Of a stretch of 64,000 nt of DNA, positions 14,277-28,922 are shown piece after piece. Where the stretch lies: NCBI RefSeq assembly GCF_018977255.1, contig NW_024704742.1:4218001-4282000 (forward strand), in the 5' to 3' direction. A program made the translations under genes and the position numbers. Under the pieces are notes generated by a model. The model had not been told where the DNA came from. It did no database searches and was given only the letters and a program-made list of their open reading frames with translations. Within the stretch, counting starts at the first letter, position 1. Every line of letters starts with the position of its first letter. The DNA is from Callorhinchus milii (lineage: Eukaryota).

Positions 14277-14615
14277 AATAATAATAATCCTTGCATTTGA
14301 TATAACGTCTTATCACATCTTCGAGACGTCTCAAAGCGCTTCACAGAATATACTGTAAAGTTAATTGACTGTATGTTTTGTGGAAGAAACGCGGCAGTCA
14401 ATTGTGCCCAGCAGCGTCTCACAAGCAATCAAGGATCGAGTGACCAAATTATTATTACTATTATTTCAAAAAATTTGAAAAAAATCATTACCCCCTGGAA
14501 AAGCGATCCGCCAATCGACTAATAACCGGGTTTCAACTTGCCCAAAGTTTCGCTCTGCCGGGAATCAAACCCAGGTCTCTTGTTTGCGAGGCGAGTGCTC
14601 TAACCACTGAGCTAC
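14277..14615 (-). mobile_element. SINE, older/long subfamily
   Basis: Reverse-complement head (GTGCTCTAACCACTGAGCTAC), body and tail. Confidence 0.9.
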
Positions 14616-15326
14616 TGAATACTAAATAATAATAATAATACTGAATAATAATAAAAAAAAACTGCAAAACTTCATTTCACAGAAATATGAAGTTTAATCT
14701 TGGCAGTGAGTCTGAGTCAGACTTGTACAGCCGATGTTTGTGCTCCTTTACGCTGAATGTATATTGCAAACTTGCTTTGGGAACGGATTCTGCAAGTTCA
14801 ATTGAAGTTTCCAGTAAAACCTGGTCCATTTATACCACGGGGATGTTTCAACAGCACTGGATCTACCTGCATTATTTTTAAAATCATAAAATAAGCAAGC
14901 TTGTGATTTGTTGCTGGGGCCCACTATCTTCCCTGTGGTTGGAGCGTAGGACATCAGTGAGAGCAAACCAATTCAGCTCTTCAGCCCACCGCAAACCAAA
15001 ATTAGGGTCTCCGTCATTTCCAACAGAAAACTTGTCGCAGTCAGAGGTACGGAAGCTGATTGTTTGGTTTTAGGCAGTTTCACCACCGCACTCCAGTGAC
15101 AGCGGAAACATTCATCCTACTCTATTTTACTTGCTGAGAGACAAAGAAAATCAAGCTTTCTGCTGTACCACCAATTTATGGCAACTAAAAAGAGCTGCCG
15201 ATCTTGTTCGGAAGCCAGTAATCAGTACTTTATACAAGGAGCTCAGGGCACATGCACAGGACAGACCTCTGTTTTCTCTCCCACTCTATAGCAATAGTGC
15301 ACTAATAGCCATACAACTACATCTGT

Positions 15327-15651
15327 GGAGTCCTGTAGCTCAGTGGTTAGAGCACTCGCTTTGCGAGCGAGAGACCTGAGTTCAATTCCAGGCAGAGGGC
15401 GAAACCTTGGGCAAGTTTCCTTACTCCACACAGAGCCTAATAATAATCCCTCCAAAACCAAAACAATAATAAATTGGTCATTTTCAATCTACGACTGTTT
15501 GTGGGACATTGCTGTGCGCAATTGGCTGCCGCGTTCGCCCACAAATATACAGTCAATTCACTTTACAGTGTGTTCTGTGAAGCGCTTTGGGACGTCCTCC
15601 CGACGTGAAAAGCGCTATATCAAATGCAAGGATTATTATTATTATTATTAT
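15327..15651 (+). mobile_element. Full-length young SINE
   Basis: Near-identical to 13693-14023. Confidence 0.95.
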
Positions 15652-18600
15652 CTGCCCGCTTGCATCATTGCAAAAGGTGAAATTGACTCTGCATTAACCA
15701 GCACACTATAACTGGACATAAAGATGCAGCTGATATTCCACAAACCTTTCACTATATTAATATTGCAGCACAACCTGCCACGCTGCTTCATGTATTGTTA
15801 CATATATGTATAAAAAGTGGTACTTCCACCAGCAGGATATCAGGAAAATTCGTAGCGGTATGATTTCCAGAGGCAGAGACAGTTAAATTGATATCGGCTG
15901 AATTTATAAATAGACACTACTGACACCTTAACATCTGCTGGACTTTGTATTTAAAAAGGAATGACATTTGCATAAAAATATTAAAAGCCGAAGCGCCTCT
16001 AAAATCCATATTAAAGGGTAATTGGAATTTTTAAATATAGAAATTTATACATCTCTGAGGTAAACATATACAGCTCATAGCTTTGATGCTTGTGAAGCGC
16101 AATAAGGAAATATAAAACTAGTATTACACTGCAGTGCAGTGTTAAGGGGCAGAAGCAGAACAGACACTAAAGTTATGAAAGGTATGTTCTCCTTTCACGT
16201 GGAAATAAAACAGGGCCCTTTTTGTTTGGTTGTTGTTCAGTGATCTGTTTTTCTTCAGTTCAGTTATATAATAAAAATCAGGGGAAAAAATGTTTTTAAC
16301 CAATTGAGTTTTTAGAAAGTATTTATTGGTGGAAATTGGAAAACTAGCTCTCATGGTTCTTTTCTGTTTGGCAACAATTCTATTATTCGTCCCCATATTT
16401 TCATTTAAAGCATAAATAAATTTTTCCCCAAAGTATTTCATGTTAATTCCCTGTGTTTCAGGGTATTTTATAGGAACAATTTATAATATGTAGTAACATT
16501 CTTGCTTGTTACCCACATACAAGAGAGGAAAACTAAATTGTATTGTATGCCAGTCCAAGAGAGGTAACAGGGAATAGTAGTTAAGAGATGTCTATAGCCA
16601 AAGTGCAGTATCACACTGGCTTAAACATTTAGCATTGGTGACTGTTACTGTCAATTACAAAAACTTTCAAGATGAGTTTCTTTTGCCATTATAATACGGC
16701 ATATTCCAGCATCATTGTATTTGCTCTTGAATGAGTATTGTGGTTAGTTTAGGCGATTCAACCTTTTTTTAAAAAATTTAATTACATATCATGTTTGTAA
16801 ATACGTTGGAATCATCATATGACGATCTTGGATTTTTATTAAAAACTAGAATGCTGAAAACAACATTCAACATGTGTGGTTGGGATTCCTCAATCATAGC
16901 ACATGCCACATATCACAGCAATTACCACGGCCCACAAGAGCAATTATTTAGACCAGTGGGGTGGACGTGAGATATTATTTTGCCATCTTAACTAATTTGT
17001 AAGACATCAGCTGCGGAAAATCTCATCCATCAAAGTCTCCCATGCCCCAACTCAACTAAGTTTCCCTCATCATCCTGCTCTAACTTTCTATATCATTTTT
17101 AAAACATTTAGTGCTTCCTTTCTTCTCCCTGAGGTCGCCATGCGAAATTTCTATCTCGTCCTTTCATACCAATCTCAATCACAAGGTTCTCTCTTTCTCC
17201 TCAATCAATATCTGCCACCTCCCTCTCCAGCATCATGTTGGTGCCATATGTGCTGCTCTGTATTAATTAATACCATTCCCCTCTTCCACAACACGTTCTT
17301 TCTCTTGGAATCTCTCTCCCTACAAGACCTGAAAAGTAAGTGCAATCAAATAATCACCTTTTTAAATACAGTAGTCGGGACGCTGGTGCCACACCATTGA
17401 AGGACAACAAGTCTTATTGCTCCACTCTGTTGAATTCCTAATCTCAGCCATGCTGCTGTGCAGTGGTGACAAGATGAAGATAGATAGCTCTCCACTGGGG
17501 CAATAGAGAATTTGAACAAGATCGTTCCTCATGTGCTCTCATGCACCTCCTGGCAGCTGGCTCCAAACAACCCTGGCAGTGCTGCCTCCCAAATCTAGAA
17601 CCATTTCAAACAGCGCTTCTACATTAACATGTTTGACATTACCCCAGTAAACAAATAAAGCCGCGCACAATGCTGATCAAGCTCTAGACCCTGGAAAACA
17701 GCACCACAATCAAAAAAGAAATTGTTCCTGGAATGGTATAAATTTTCCTTAGCTGTACTGAGAGGGAAATCTAATTCGCTTTCAGGGTTCGTTCACTATT
17801 TTTCTCTCTGATGATTGTGAATTAAAAGCACTTAACTCTCTGGGAATGTGTGCCATTCTGTATTTACTCTCACCTAAAGTCTAAATGTACAAGTCTAGAT
17901 GTACCCATCTCTAAATAAAATACAAAGCATCACTGTTCTGCATGCTTTAGGCTCTCAATGACTGCCTCATTTCTAGCGCTGTTGATTCAGGAGGAATCAT
18001 GACATACATTGGACGAAAAAAATGCTTCGAAAAGCTCTTAGAAACATTGACCAAAATTTGATGAAGTCATAGTTCGATAACGAAGCAGAACATCAAAATG
18101 GGATCAGCATGAATGTAGCTCCCCGATGGTTTACTTTCCATTTAGTTGGTAGCTGCAGGCAGTGCTTTGTAAGACTATGAGCAATCATTGCAATGTTATC
18201 CTCTTTTATAATCTATCCTGTTTTGGCATTTTTACTGTTGGTAACACCGCGATTCAATTTAAGCAAAACACCTCTGACTGTAAAATATAACTAAATGGCA
18301 GATCAGAATTATTCAGTACAGTTTAGCTGTTGGAATGATTACATTCACTTGTTTACAGGAAGGAGGGCTCAGCAACAGCCATGACAGAAAAGATAATTTT
18401 TGTTTGACAAAATTGGATTTTTTTTATGCGTTAATGGCGTACAACCATTTAATACAAAATATAATTAATTGCAAGTTCAGTTTGAATGTCGTTCCCTTTT
18501 AAGCATTTTAACTTTCAAAGATTTGAAGAATTATTTCAAAGTTGATGCTGGAAGAATGTCGGGCACCTCTGCAATTATTGGGATTGTTTTGTTTCCAATA

Positions 18601-21600
18601 TTATATCTCAATTTAAATACAAAATTGGAACTATGAACGATGAGACAAAGAGGCATTTGTTAACATACCTTTCACTTATAAAAAGGAATTTCTCCACGAC
18701 AACTACTTTAGGTCTGAAGTGACACATTATCGTGGAATGGCTAAAAACACATTTTATATTTTTACTGATGTTACATCTGTATTTGTAGAAAGAGCTACAG
18801 TGACTTAGTATCTTGTTATTGACCAGTCATTCAACCCCGCAAGCTGGTATTTCAAACCTCCAGTAGTTACAAAAGCCCTCGTTTGGTTCTTTTGTTGAAG
18901 TCTTTTCACGAAAGGAAAAAGCAAACAATTTCTATTCTTCATAATCCACACGCAGGAGTCTGTCTGCTTCGAGCATGGCAGGCAATCTCCCCATTCGGCT
19001 ACTTTTCACGTTATCTTACTTATGGTTGATAAATAATTCTGTTTCATACTTCAGCTACTTTCTCAACATAACCCTCTTGGTTATATAAATTTGATTTGCA
19101 ATAGGCCCTGTTCAGTTTTGTACAAAACTAAAATTTACTGATGTCCAAATTACGTCCTACAATATTTCAGCAAAAATGGAACCTATGCATGGCCTTAATC
19201 AAATAATATATTATATATTTTTTAAATCACTAGGCACGGTTTTAAAAACAAAACAAAATACTGCACTATTATTATTTTTAAATGTAAAGTGAAAATAAAC
19301 CGCTGGCACACTGGTCTCCAAAATGTTTCTTTCATATGAATAAACACTACAATAAACTTTAATTCCTATTCTACTTAAAGAAACATGTCAGCTTCATTAA
19401 AATAAAGATTCTTTGCCCTTAAGACGATGGAATATGGTTTCCCACTTACATTTTATGATCACGTTTAAAAAGTCTGGATTGAGTTAGTGTCCGGGTTTTG
19501 ATTTTTTTTTAATAAATGACTTTAAAAAAATCCTTTTTTTTCACAGATCAGCGGACAAATATGAAACAAAATCAATATCGCAAATATAGTATGGAAAAAC
19601 AGCCACTGATTTCTGCAGACAGCAAGCTGCGGATTTCAATTGGATTGCCAAGGTGCAGAGCCACGCAGAAACGAGGTGCCCTATTGCTGGCGAGATAATT
19701 CCCCCCGAAATTAGCTTGGGAATTTTTTTCGGAAACTTTTACCAAATGGCAACAGTGTGGTGTTGACAGGCGTCATGTTTGTTCACCCGTCTTCTCAGCA
19801 AGAGTTGAGGGAGCACAGCCAAGCCGAGTACAAAAGGGAAATGTTATCTTTTACAAGCCTCAGCTCCACAAGAAATTAGCTGCACAAATATATGGCGCAG
19901 AGCTCTTGTTCAATTTCGACAGTTTTATACATTACGTACTCACTTATTCCACTATAAATGGAACTTCATTGTTCGCCACATGCACTAACGATCGCCTGAA
20001 AAAAAATTTCCAAATGAGAAATCTCCCTACAACCTGCACTCCTTCCAGAAAAGACATCTGTTGGCATGGGTACTTGCTTCAGAGCTTCGTATTTACTTAC
20101 ACAGCAACATCTACGCCCAATAAGACGTATTTTTCTTCGGTCAAAAAGACACCCAACAAAAATAAAATGATGTCGAAAAACCAGGGATTCAAAACAATGA
20201 TCGTCCTTAACACAAATTCAGCAGCCAGCAAACTGTGGATTTAGATAAAGCAATTTAAATATTAATCCTTTGAATCAATGTTATAAAGCCACTGAAACCT
20301 GAAACTGTCTGAAAACACTGCTGTGTAGACTGCTATTGCATATATACACAACCAAATTCAATATGTATCTTAAGTTTTAAATATTAATTTGTTTTAACAA
20401 TTTCCTCTCCCTCAAGGATTCATGTCTGGTCATTTGGTTAATATGTAAAACAGCAGAGGTCATCTTTTTAAAACTAAGACGGGGAATTTTTTTAAAAAAG
20501 TCGTAAGATGGGAATTTAAATTGATTTTATAATTTAGGCACAAATATTTTGCAGATATTCTAAGGTCTTAATTGTCCATCAAGAGAAATCGTAATTCAGT
20601 TGCTGTCAAATCACGTGACAACTGAGACTTTGCAACCACAACCACACTGTACAGGAAAACTATTTAATACATTTTAACAGTATTCATTACAATGTTTTAC
20701 TGAAAATATTATAATGCTGACAAAAAGTGGAATCAAAAAAATGGTGAAGGTGGAATGAATTATGTTGTAATCCAAGGAAGATCTCAGTCAAACAGTAAAA
20801 TATGTGTTGTTGTCATCAGTGCTACTGTTGACGAAATATAGAAACTGCTGTCAACATATAATATAAAAAATACTTTTACAATTTCCATCCAAATGAAATT
20901 GAATAAACAAAGCTGAAAGAATTCCAAACCTGTTTGGAAATCAGAACAAAAATCCAGGGGTCAGAAATGGAATTGAACAGATGGTACTTACCACCATATT
21001 TATATTAAAAATCTTAAAATCTTACATGAGGGCCTCTTAAAAGTTAAGTGAGTTTTTCCTCCTCCGTTTTATGTTCAATGAGATTTCCCTCACATTTTTA
21101 ATTCTAAAATAAAATGACTTTCCAATAAAAATGTATTTGCCTGCTACTTAATGATCCAAAATAGCTCGTCATTCAAGGCATAAAAAATAAAGGAATAAAT
21201 GAAGGAATGCACAGAGAAGTCAATGAACTGAATAACAGTCCCTCCTGAGCAACTGTTTTCCAAGACTGCAAAGTTACTTTGTTTTTAGCCAAATATATAA
21301 AGTAATATAACAGTAAAATCCATGAGGAGGAAAACATTTAGAGAACGTGTAGATTTTAAATACTTATTTGATGCAGTCCAAGATAACACAAGGAAAATTG
21401 CAATGCCCTGTAAACCTCAAGGTGAAGAGGAAAGAAGCAGTCCTATAAAACACAATATATTTTGTCCTTCGATATGGAGTAAAGGGATCTATGAGGTTAT
21501 GCTTTAGAGATAGCATTTTAAAGCACATTAGTATTTATCAGTATAGTTTTCAGCTCTGGATTTTAATTAAGCTTAAGAGTAGAGTTGCATGAAATCTGGC

Positions 21601-24240
21601 AAGCTGTTCCATCTCAACACGCCTGCACAGTCAGTCACGCCACTGTAAAGAAACAGAAGACAACTAACTCTTGCGGCTTACCTTTGTCACAGTCTTCGAT
21701 AACTGAAATGGATATAACAATTAAAAGTCATTAAAGTAATCGAGGTTAAGAGTTACTTGTTTAATTAATAACTTGGTGGGACATCAGGTCCTTCAAGACA
21801 GACTGGGGGGGGGGGGGGGGGGGGGGGGAGAAGGAAAAAAAACATGTGGCTGTCATGACTCACGTTTCACAGTTGGCTGAGAACGCCCTGCAAAGAGTAA
21901 GAACATTCATCCATAAGCAGCGATGACTTCAATGAGTTAAACTCGAAAGAAACTTTGGGCTGTGGGTAACAGCAGGGATTACATTAACATATATGTTAAC
22001 GTAGTCGGTTAGAAAAAAACCTTAACGTATTAAGTTGTTCAGCATTAATTTTAGTAACGAGTTTCCTCATTGTACATTTTATCGATAGAAAAATATCAGG
22101 CAAAACAAATTGCACAAGGATCACAAGTTGCTAGTTGTTAAAGCCGAAACTGTGCATTTTACCTTGATGTCCAGTTTTATACCACAGCAAAGCAAGAGAG
22201 TAAATGAACAAATGATTAGAAATGATTAGAAAGAGTTGCTGTTTCTGCTACTTATTCCTCATTTTCTTTGGTTTCAATTTTTTTGGAATCCTCTTGGTCA
22301 AGTTCTGTGAACACTGAAATTCATTTGCATTACTTAACAGAACAAATAAGTCAATTTGTTTTTATGCCTTGGAAGAGCTGTAAGGAATTTGGATTTCCCC
22401 TCAGATAGTGTTATTAGCAACACAAACATAAAGGGGTCAGTGTCAATTCATCAATGGATCAGTGACCACTTTAACACGTCAGAAGGATTATCAAAGAAAT
22501 TATAATTCTATGCCCACTGGATGACCCCCCTAAACTGTTTTTCTAATCATTAGGTTTCTTAGCAATGGGAAAGAGTATTACATTTTTGATCTCAGAACCC
22601 GAGGTTCTGAAGTCATGCATATTATACAAATAAACTAAAAACCATTAGTTAGTTTGACGCAAAATAGAAAGAGGCATAAAAAAAATGCTTTGAGTTACTC
22701 GATCGATATATTTGTACGTAAAGCTATGCTAGAGACGCCCCCCACCTCAAAAAAAAATTATTTAGGTTTCAGAAATTAAAAAAATGCTAAAATGTCGTTA
22801 TCCCTCAGTAATCAACAAAGCTGAGAAGAAAGGAAGAAAGAAAAAAGGGGAAAAGAAGGAAGAAAGCAAGCAGCCAAACAGCGTATATGACCATGTAAGC
22901 ATGGGCAATCTTGCAGAAAACTAGTCAGCAAACTAAAGCCTGGGGAATTTAAATTACTGCAAACCAACTCCACCACAGCGCTGAAGAATCTTAAAAAGAT
23001 GAAAGAGACTGCTGAAGCTGCAGGTTTTAGTCAAATCTTCAGAGGCCTTTCCACTATAGCTAAAGAACTTTTATTAATTTAACAATATTATTTAACGTGT
23101 GCGAAGCTAATTTTACAAGCGTCGGCTTCAAAAACAAGCTGTTATAAAAATTACTGCCCACTGCAGCTGACGCGACTTTGATAAACAGAGGGAGAAAGGC
23201 TGAGTAAGTGACAGAAGATGTTAGTATACCTTCAACAACAACAACAACAACTTGTCCACAATTAGGGACTGAACAGAAAATGAATACCAAGGAGCGATTG
23301 ACGTAGCTATGATCGTGATCTCATAAACCATGAGGGAGAAGGAAAGCCTGAAATCACGCCTGGGTATCGGTGGCCTTTTTGAACAATAAACTGTTATTGT
23401 GTGAAGTTTAAAAGCTGGTGCGATTTCATTTTCTCTCCGCTGTGACCATCATGCGAGATATCAACAGGCAGGTCCTCCATATTAGTGTGTGATGCCATCA
23501 CTGACAGACGAACTGTTATGATATAATCAATGCAAGCGATAACCTGGTCCAATATCGTCAACTATTCTCTCGGGCGTAGGAAACGTTTTTTGGTTGTGCG
23601 GTTTGAAATTTAAATGTGCATGTTGATACGAAAACAGTTCAAGTGCTTTTAGCCGTCACTGACAAACTGGCCCAAATCCAATAAAACTAACACTTTATAG
23701 CTCACAGAAGAAGCTGCAGGTTTTACTCTCCCTTTGCACCCACCCCCTCCCACTCCACCACCTGACCTTACCGCTTATTCTTGCGTATCTCCCTCCAGCC
23801 AGGAAATAGTACCAGACTAGATTGCTGAATTCTCCATGCCCATTGCAACTGGACAGCAGGAGGCACGACTAAATCAAACCACTGGGGCCTGGGTGCTTTT
23901 TTTTTTCCACCCGCCATGTCTGAGATGAAATGTCTTTCCTCTATGTGGCATACCATCCAGGTTTAAAGAAAAATCACCCAACCAAGGCAAACAAGTGACA
24001 GGCAGCCCTGAAGCCAAACTCAGAATCTTCTGCTTAAGAGAATCAACTCCACAATAAACTGAATATTGCATCGACAGATTCAGTCCTTTTGACATTCTTT
24101 AACGACGGTATACAAGAGACGGACCTCACAAACAACAAACAGTCATAACCCATTGTAACCAGTGAAACAGCACTGATTCATTCTTCAGTTTATTAGGTAA
24201 GCAACTTGCATACGTGCGATCTGAAGAACAATCGAGATGA

Positions 24241-24362
24241 GTTCGCCCACAAGTATACAGTCAATTCACTTTACAGTGTGTTCTGTGAAGCGCTTTGGGA
24301 CGTCCTCCCGACCTGAAAAGCGCTATATCAAATGCAAGGATTATTATTATTATTATTATTAT
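24241..24362 (+). mobile_element. 5'-truncated young SINE
   Basis: Matches the last ~120 nt of the 15327 copy. Confidence 0.9.
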
Positions 24363-25728
24363 GAGGCAGGTTTTAGTCAGGCTCCCAAGGCATCTCATTC
24401 TAGTTAACTGTGATCAAGGTGTTACACAATAAAAGACTAAACAAACCTCAGATCAAATAATTAATTGTTTCACAAACTACAGCATTTAATTTCAAATTAA
24501 TCATCGCATTGCGGTTTTGCTACAAAGCATATGATTTGTGCTGCTGAGGAGACTTTCGCATGTAGTTTAACACTGCAGAGAGACGTGTTAACAAGTAGCA
24601 GCATCAGTGAGTGTTGGGATTACAAGATTAGTGCTTGCAGTATCAATGTGTGCTTTACAAACCATTCATACTGTTGTCAGTAGCCATTAAAATATTCAAA
24701 CCTTAACCAGTTCTGCTTTCAGGAATTACTGCTAAGTTTTGTAAATAAAATTAAAGATCAGAAAACGTAAAACATGAAAGAAAAAAGGTTGTAAGTTTCC
24801 TTGATGTGAAAGGAAACTTTTCTAGCCATCTGAAGTTCAGTGTTTATACGGACCACAAAATGTACTCCTCAAGGATGCGCTTTTACACATGAGGAACCGA
24901 TTCTGATGACATTATAAATGAGGCACTTCTGTACATGAATTTATTATTAAATACTTGGTGACATCAAAAGCTACGTCAACGATGAAACGTCCTTTGCATT
25001 TGCTGCGAAAATGTAACTGAAAACGTAAGCTACTGGGTTAGTTCTCAAGAACTGTTTCGACTAAATGAGGCAAGGTTGTAGCCTAGACCTTCCATCTACA
25101 TCAGTTTGTGAATTACTGTCCCAATGACCCTTTCCAACATGCTAATAGTGTATTTATTTGATTTACAAATCATTTAAAACCCTGAAAAATATAATTTCCT
25201 TCTTTTGTACGCTTGTATTGTGTGTCTTTTGTATATCTGGCCATGCGTGTAAATGTTTTTCTGTAGATTCCCGAAATGCCTTGCAGCAGCACTAACACAG
25301 CAGAATCCTGATTAGCTCAAGTCTTTTTGTCTCTTTATTCTGTGTTACACTTATATACACACATTTTTGCTTAGCTACTCCTGTGGATAATATTTTGCGG
25401 CGAGCAGGTAGTTACGGAAAAAGCCTGTAATATGGATTGGGAAAATGGTTGCAAAAATGTGGTAGTGATGGAGGAAGGGTCGGCGGCATAGAAATAGTCT
25501 GCACGGTTTTGTGAGGCAGGCTTTTCTAAGGATATTATTCCATCTGTGAAATGGTTATCACCCGGAGTATGCAGAGATCTTGCAGATAAGGAAAAGGAGC
25601 TCTCATTTATATGGCTATCCTTGTTAAGAGATCTAGAATCGGGTCACGTTTTTCACCATTTCTGATAATGTACTGACGATACTTCTTCATAGAAATACTA
25701 TTTTTTGGAAGAGTTAGGTCGTATATAA

Positions 25729-26035
25729 TCCTGTAGCTCAGTGGTTAGAGCACTTGCAAGTGGGAGATCTGGATTCGATTCCCGGCAGGGCAAAACCTTG
25801 GGCAAGTTTCCTTACTCCACACGCCTGATAATAATCCCTCAAGAAAAAAAACAATAATAAACTGGTCACTTCAATCCACGACCGTTTGTGGGACACTGCT
25901 GTGCGCAATTGGCTGCCGCGTTTTGCCCACAAATATATACAGTCAATTTTACTTTACAGTATGTTCTGTGAAGCGCTTTGAGACATCTACAAAATGTGAA
26001 AAGCGCTATAATCAAATGCAAGGATTATTATTATA
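25729..26035 (+). mobile_element. Near full-length SINE
   Basis: Head CCTGTAGCTCAGTGGTTAGAGCAC, B box GGATTCGATTCC, family body and tail. Confidence 0.9.
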
Positions 26036-26369
26036 TAATATTGTAAGCATTTCCTCACTGGGATTTACTGCCATGGGCATTCTGAAATGCCGCATTTCTT
26101 TTTACAATAAATGCGTAAATGCAGATCCCAAATAGGTTTTGGATCATTGGCTTTCGATAAGATTTCATCTTTAGCCAATGTGGAAATTTGTATTCATATT
26201 TTCATGCCAACTTTTCTTATACACTTCTAAACCAATTTAATTATTTGTCCCTTGCCAAATCCCAATAAACACAATTCTCTGGTCTTAAGGTTGTCCATAT
26301 TCGCTCAATCTATTAAATTTGCAACTCATTCTTGTTTTTAAGGCCGTCCTGGAGACCAAATTAATCCAA

Positions 26370-27610
26370 ACGCCTGTCCTCCATCACCCACTCCGCACCC
26401 TCTCAAGCTCCCTTTGATCCTCACCAAGCCAAGTACAAAGAGATCATGGATTTCTTTGTATCGAAAGTAAAGATTGGCTTGGTTGCATCCTCTTCCTCTC
26501 TCCTGACCCCCCAGTCCTTCCCCCATGTCTTCTACATCCCCCCATTTCTGCTACTGTTCCTAGCAATGCCCTCACCCTTCACTGACACAGTCAATGTGTC
26601 CCTCAAATCCAGCACTGTCCCATTCTCCTCAAAACCGCCGTCACGACCTCTCTCCTAAAAAGAAACACCTTTGATGCTTCAAATTTCGCAAACTACCAGC
26701 CCGTCGTAAACTTGCTCTTCATCGCCGAAGTTCTGGAAGGCATTGTTGTCAATCTCACACCTTTCTCTCCACTCCCCACTCCAGTCTGGGATCCGCCTGA
26801 CTCAGAGCATTGAGACATCGCTCATCAAAGGCACAAATGACGTCCTCTCTTTTCTATGACCGGGCTCCATCTGCCTCCTTGACCTCTCCATTGCCTACGA
26901 TAGTCAACGATGCCTTCCTCCTTGACTGCCTCTCCTCCCTCATTCACCTCAGTGGGACTCCCCTCTTCTGGTTCAAGACCTACTTAACCCACAGCCACGC
27001 TTTTGTCTCTTCTAATGGTTTCTCCTCCTGTCCCTGCACAGTCACCTTTGGTGTATCTCAGGCCCTTCCATTTTCTCATTTATATGCTCACTCTCAATGA
27101 TTTCATCCACAGACATAGAGATCAACTTCCACATCTACGCGGATGACGCCCAAATCTACGCCAGATCCATCTATCCCCATTTGCTTGTCAACCATCAAGG
27201 CTTGGATAAGCGACAACTTTCTGCAGCTGAATCTTGATAAATCAAAAGCCATCCTTCTGTCTTCTCACCTACACCTCCGACCCCTTTAACCTCCTGACCT
27301 ATCCCCCAGATGTACTGAATATGTGCACAACCTGGGCTTCAGGTTCGATCGCCAGCTGTTCTTCTTTCACCACATCTGCTCCCTAATCAGGATTGCTTTC
27401 CTTCACCTCTGCAACATTGCCCACCTCTGACCAAACCACACACCTGACAAAGCTGAAACCCTTATCCATCCATTCATCATCTCCTGCCTTGATTATTTCT
27501 CACCCCAGCTCCACCGTTCATAAAATCCAATCAATTCAAAATTCCACCACCTGTATCACCCCAACTAAATTCTGTCTCCCACCCCAGTGATTGGGCTCTA
27601 CTGTTTCCCT
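26370..27610 (+). mobile_element. Degraded L2 LINE, reverse transcriptase region
   Basis: Broken frames give ANYQPVVNLLFIAEVLE, VTFGVSQ and FHIYADDAQIY (YADD at 27136-27147). Confidence 0.85.
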
Positions 27611-28669
27611 ATTCACTCCAAAATACACAAAATAACACTTTACAGTATATCCTATGAAGCGCTTTGAGATGCCTCGACACCGTGATAAGGCACTATATAT
27701 CAGGTGCAAGGATTATTATTAATTATTGCAGAATGGAACAATTTAAAGATTCTCATACACGTACAAATTACTTCATGCCCTGCCAACTCCCTCTCGCTCT
27801 GACCTACCTCCCTTCCCTCTTTGGGCATCAAACTCCGCCACGTGACTCAGTGTCTGTCCTTGGTCCCCCCTTCCCCCCACGGTGGCCTAGGGAAGCTCTG
27901 ATCGTCTGTCCTGATAGTTAACCATGAATATGGCTGGGGGAATGATAATTGGCCATCGCTAATTGAAGCACAGACATCACGAGTATAATTTATGAATCAG
28001 CCAAATACGTCATACAGTGTCGCCTCATTATGATGGTTTTCGGTTTACATGGTTCGGATAGAACTCGGGAACACCCTTGGATCCCCAAACTTTTCTGCAA
28101 CCTAACAACTTGTGCAACAGCTCTGCACTGACCCAGAGCTGAGACGCCGTCCGGAGTGGAGGGCGCTATATAAATCCAAGTTGTTGTTGACCCCTTTCCT
28201 TCAGGCACTGCAGTCACCTGCTTGGCCTCCTCCTCAGGATCTGTAGATGCAGCAGGGCACCATGACGTCAACGGCAACACCAGAAGCGTGTGAAGTGAAG
28301 CTGCCACTGCTGGTTCCAGAAGTGCCCTGATAGAGCGACGTAATGTGCCCCATGGATAGGTGAGGTTAAGCTTTACAGACTCCAAGTGCTGCATTACAAT
28401 CGGGCTGCACTGTAGTGCGTACTGAAAACCTTTGTTATAATAGCCAGAATGCTTCTAATAAGGAGTTCCCTCATGTGGAATGCTATTCGATAAAACAACT
28501 TTAGCCTCTTGATTGCAACAATCTTTCTGAAAGAATTACTTGACTTATTCCGAACATCTTGTAACTATAGAACTTGTAGAACTGCAGACGGCCAAACTGG
28601 CTTTCTGCATTAAAACAGCCTTTCTTCCAGGCTAGCACGCAGGAGGCCGACATGTCAAAATTAAAAGAA

Positions 28670-28922
28670 TAATAATTTGGTCACATAATCTGCAACTGTT
28701 TTTGGGATACTGCTGTGCATAATTGGCTGCCGCATTTCGCCCACAAAACAGTGTGTTCTGTGAAGCGCTTTGGGACGTCCTCCCGACGTGAAAAGCGCTA
28801 TATCAAATGCAAGGATTATTATTATCATAGCAAAATCACTTTACAGTATATTCTGTGAAGCGCTTTCAGACGCCTCGAAGAAGTGATAAGGCCCTGTATC
28901 AAATGCAAGGATTACTATTATT
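28670..28922 (+). mobile_element. SINE fragment with two tails
   Basis: Young tail at 28749-28825 sits inside an older diverged copy whose own tail follows. Confidence 0.85.
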
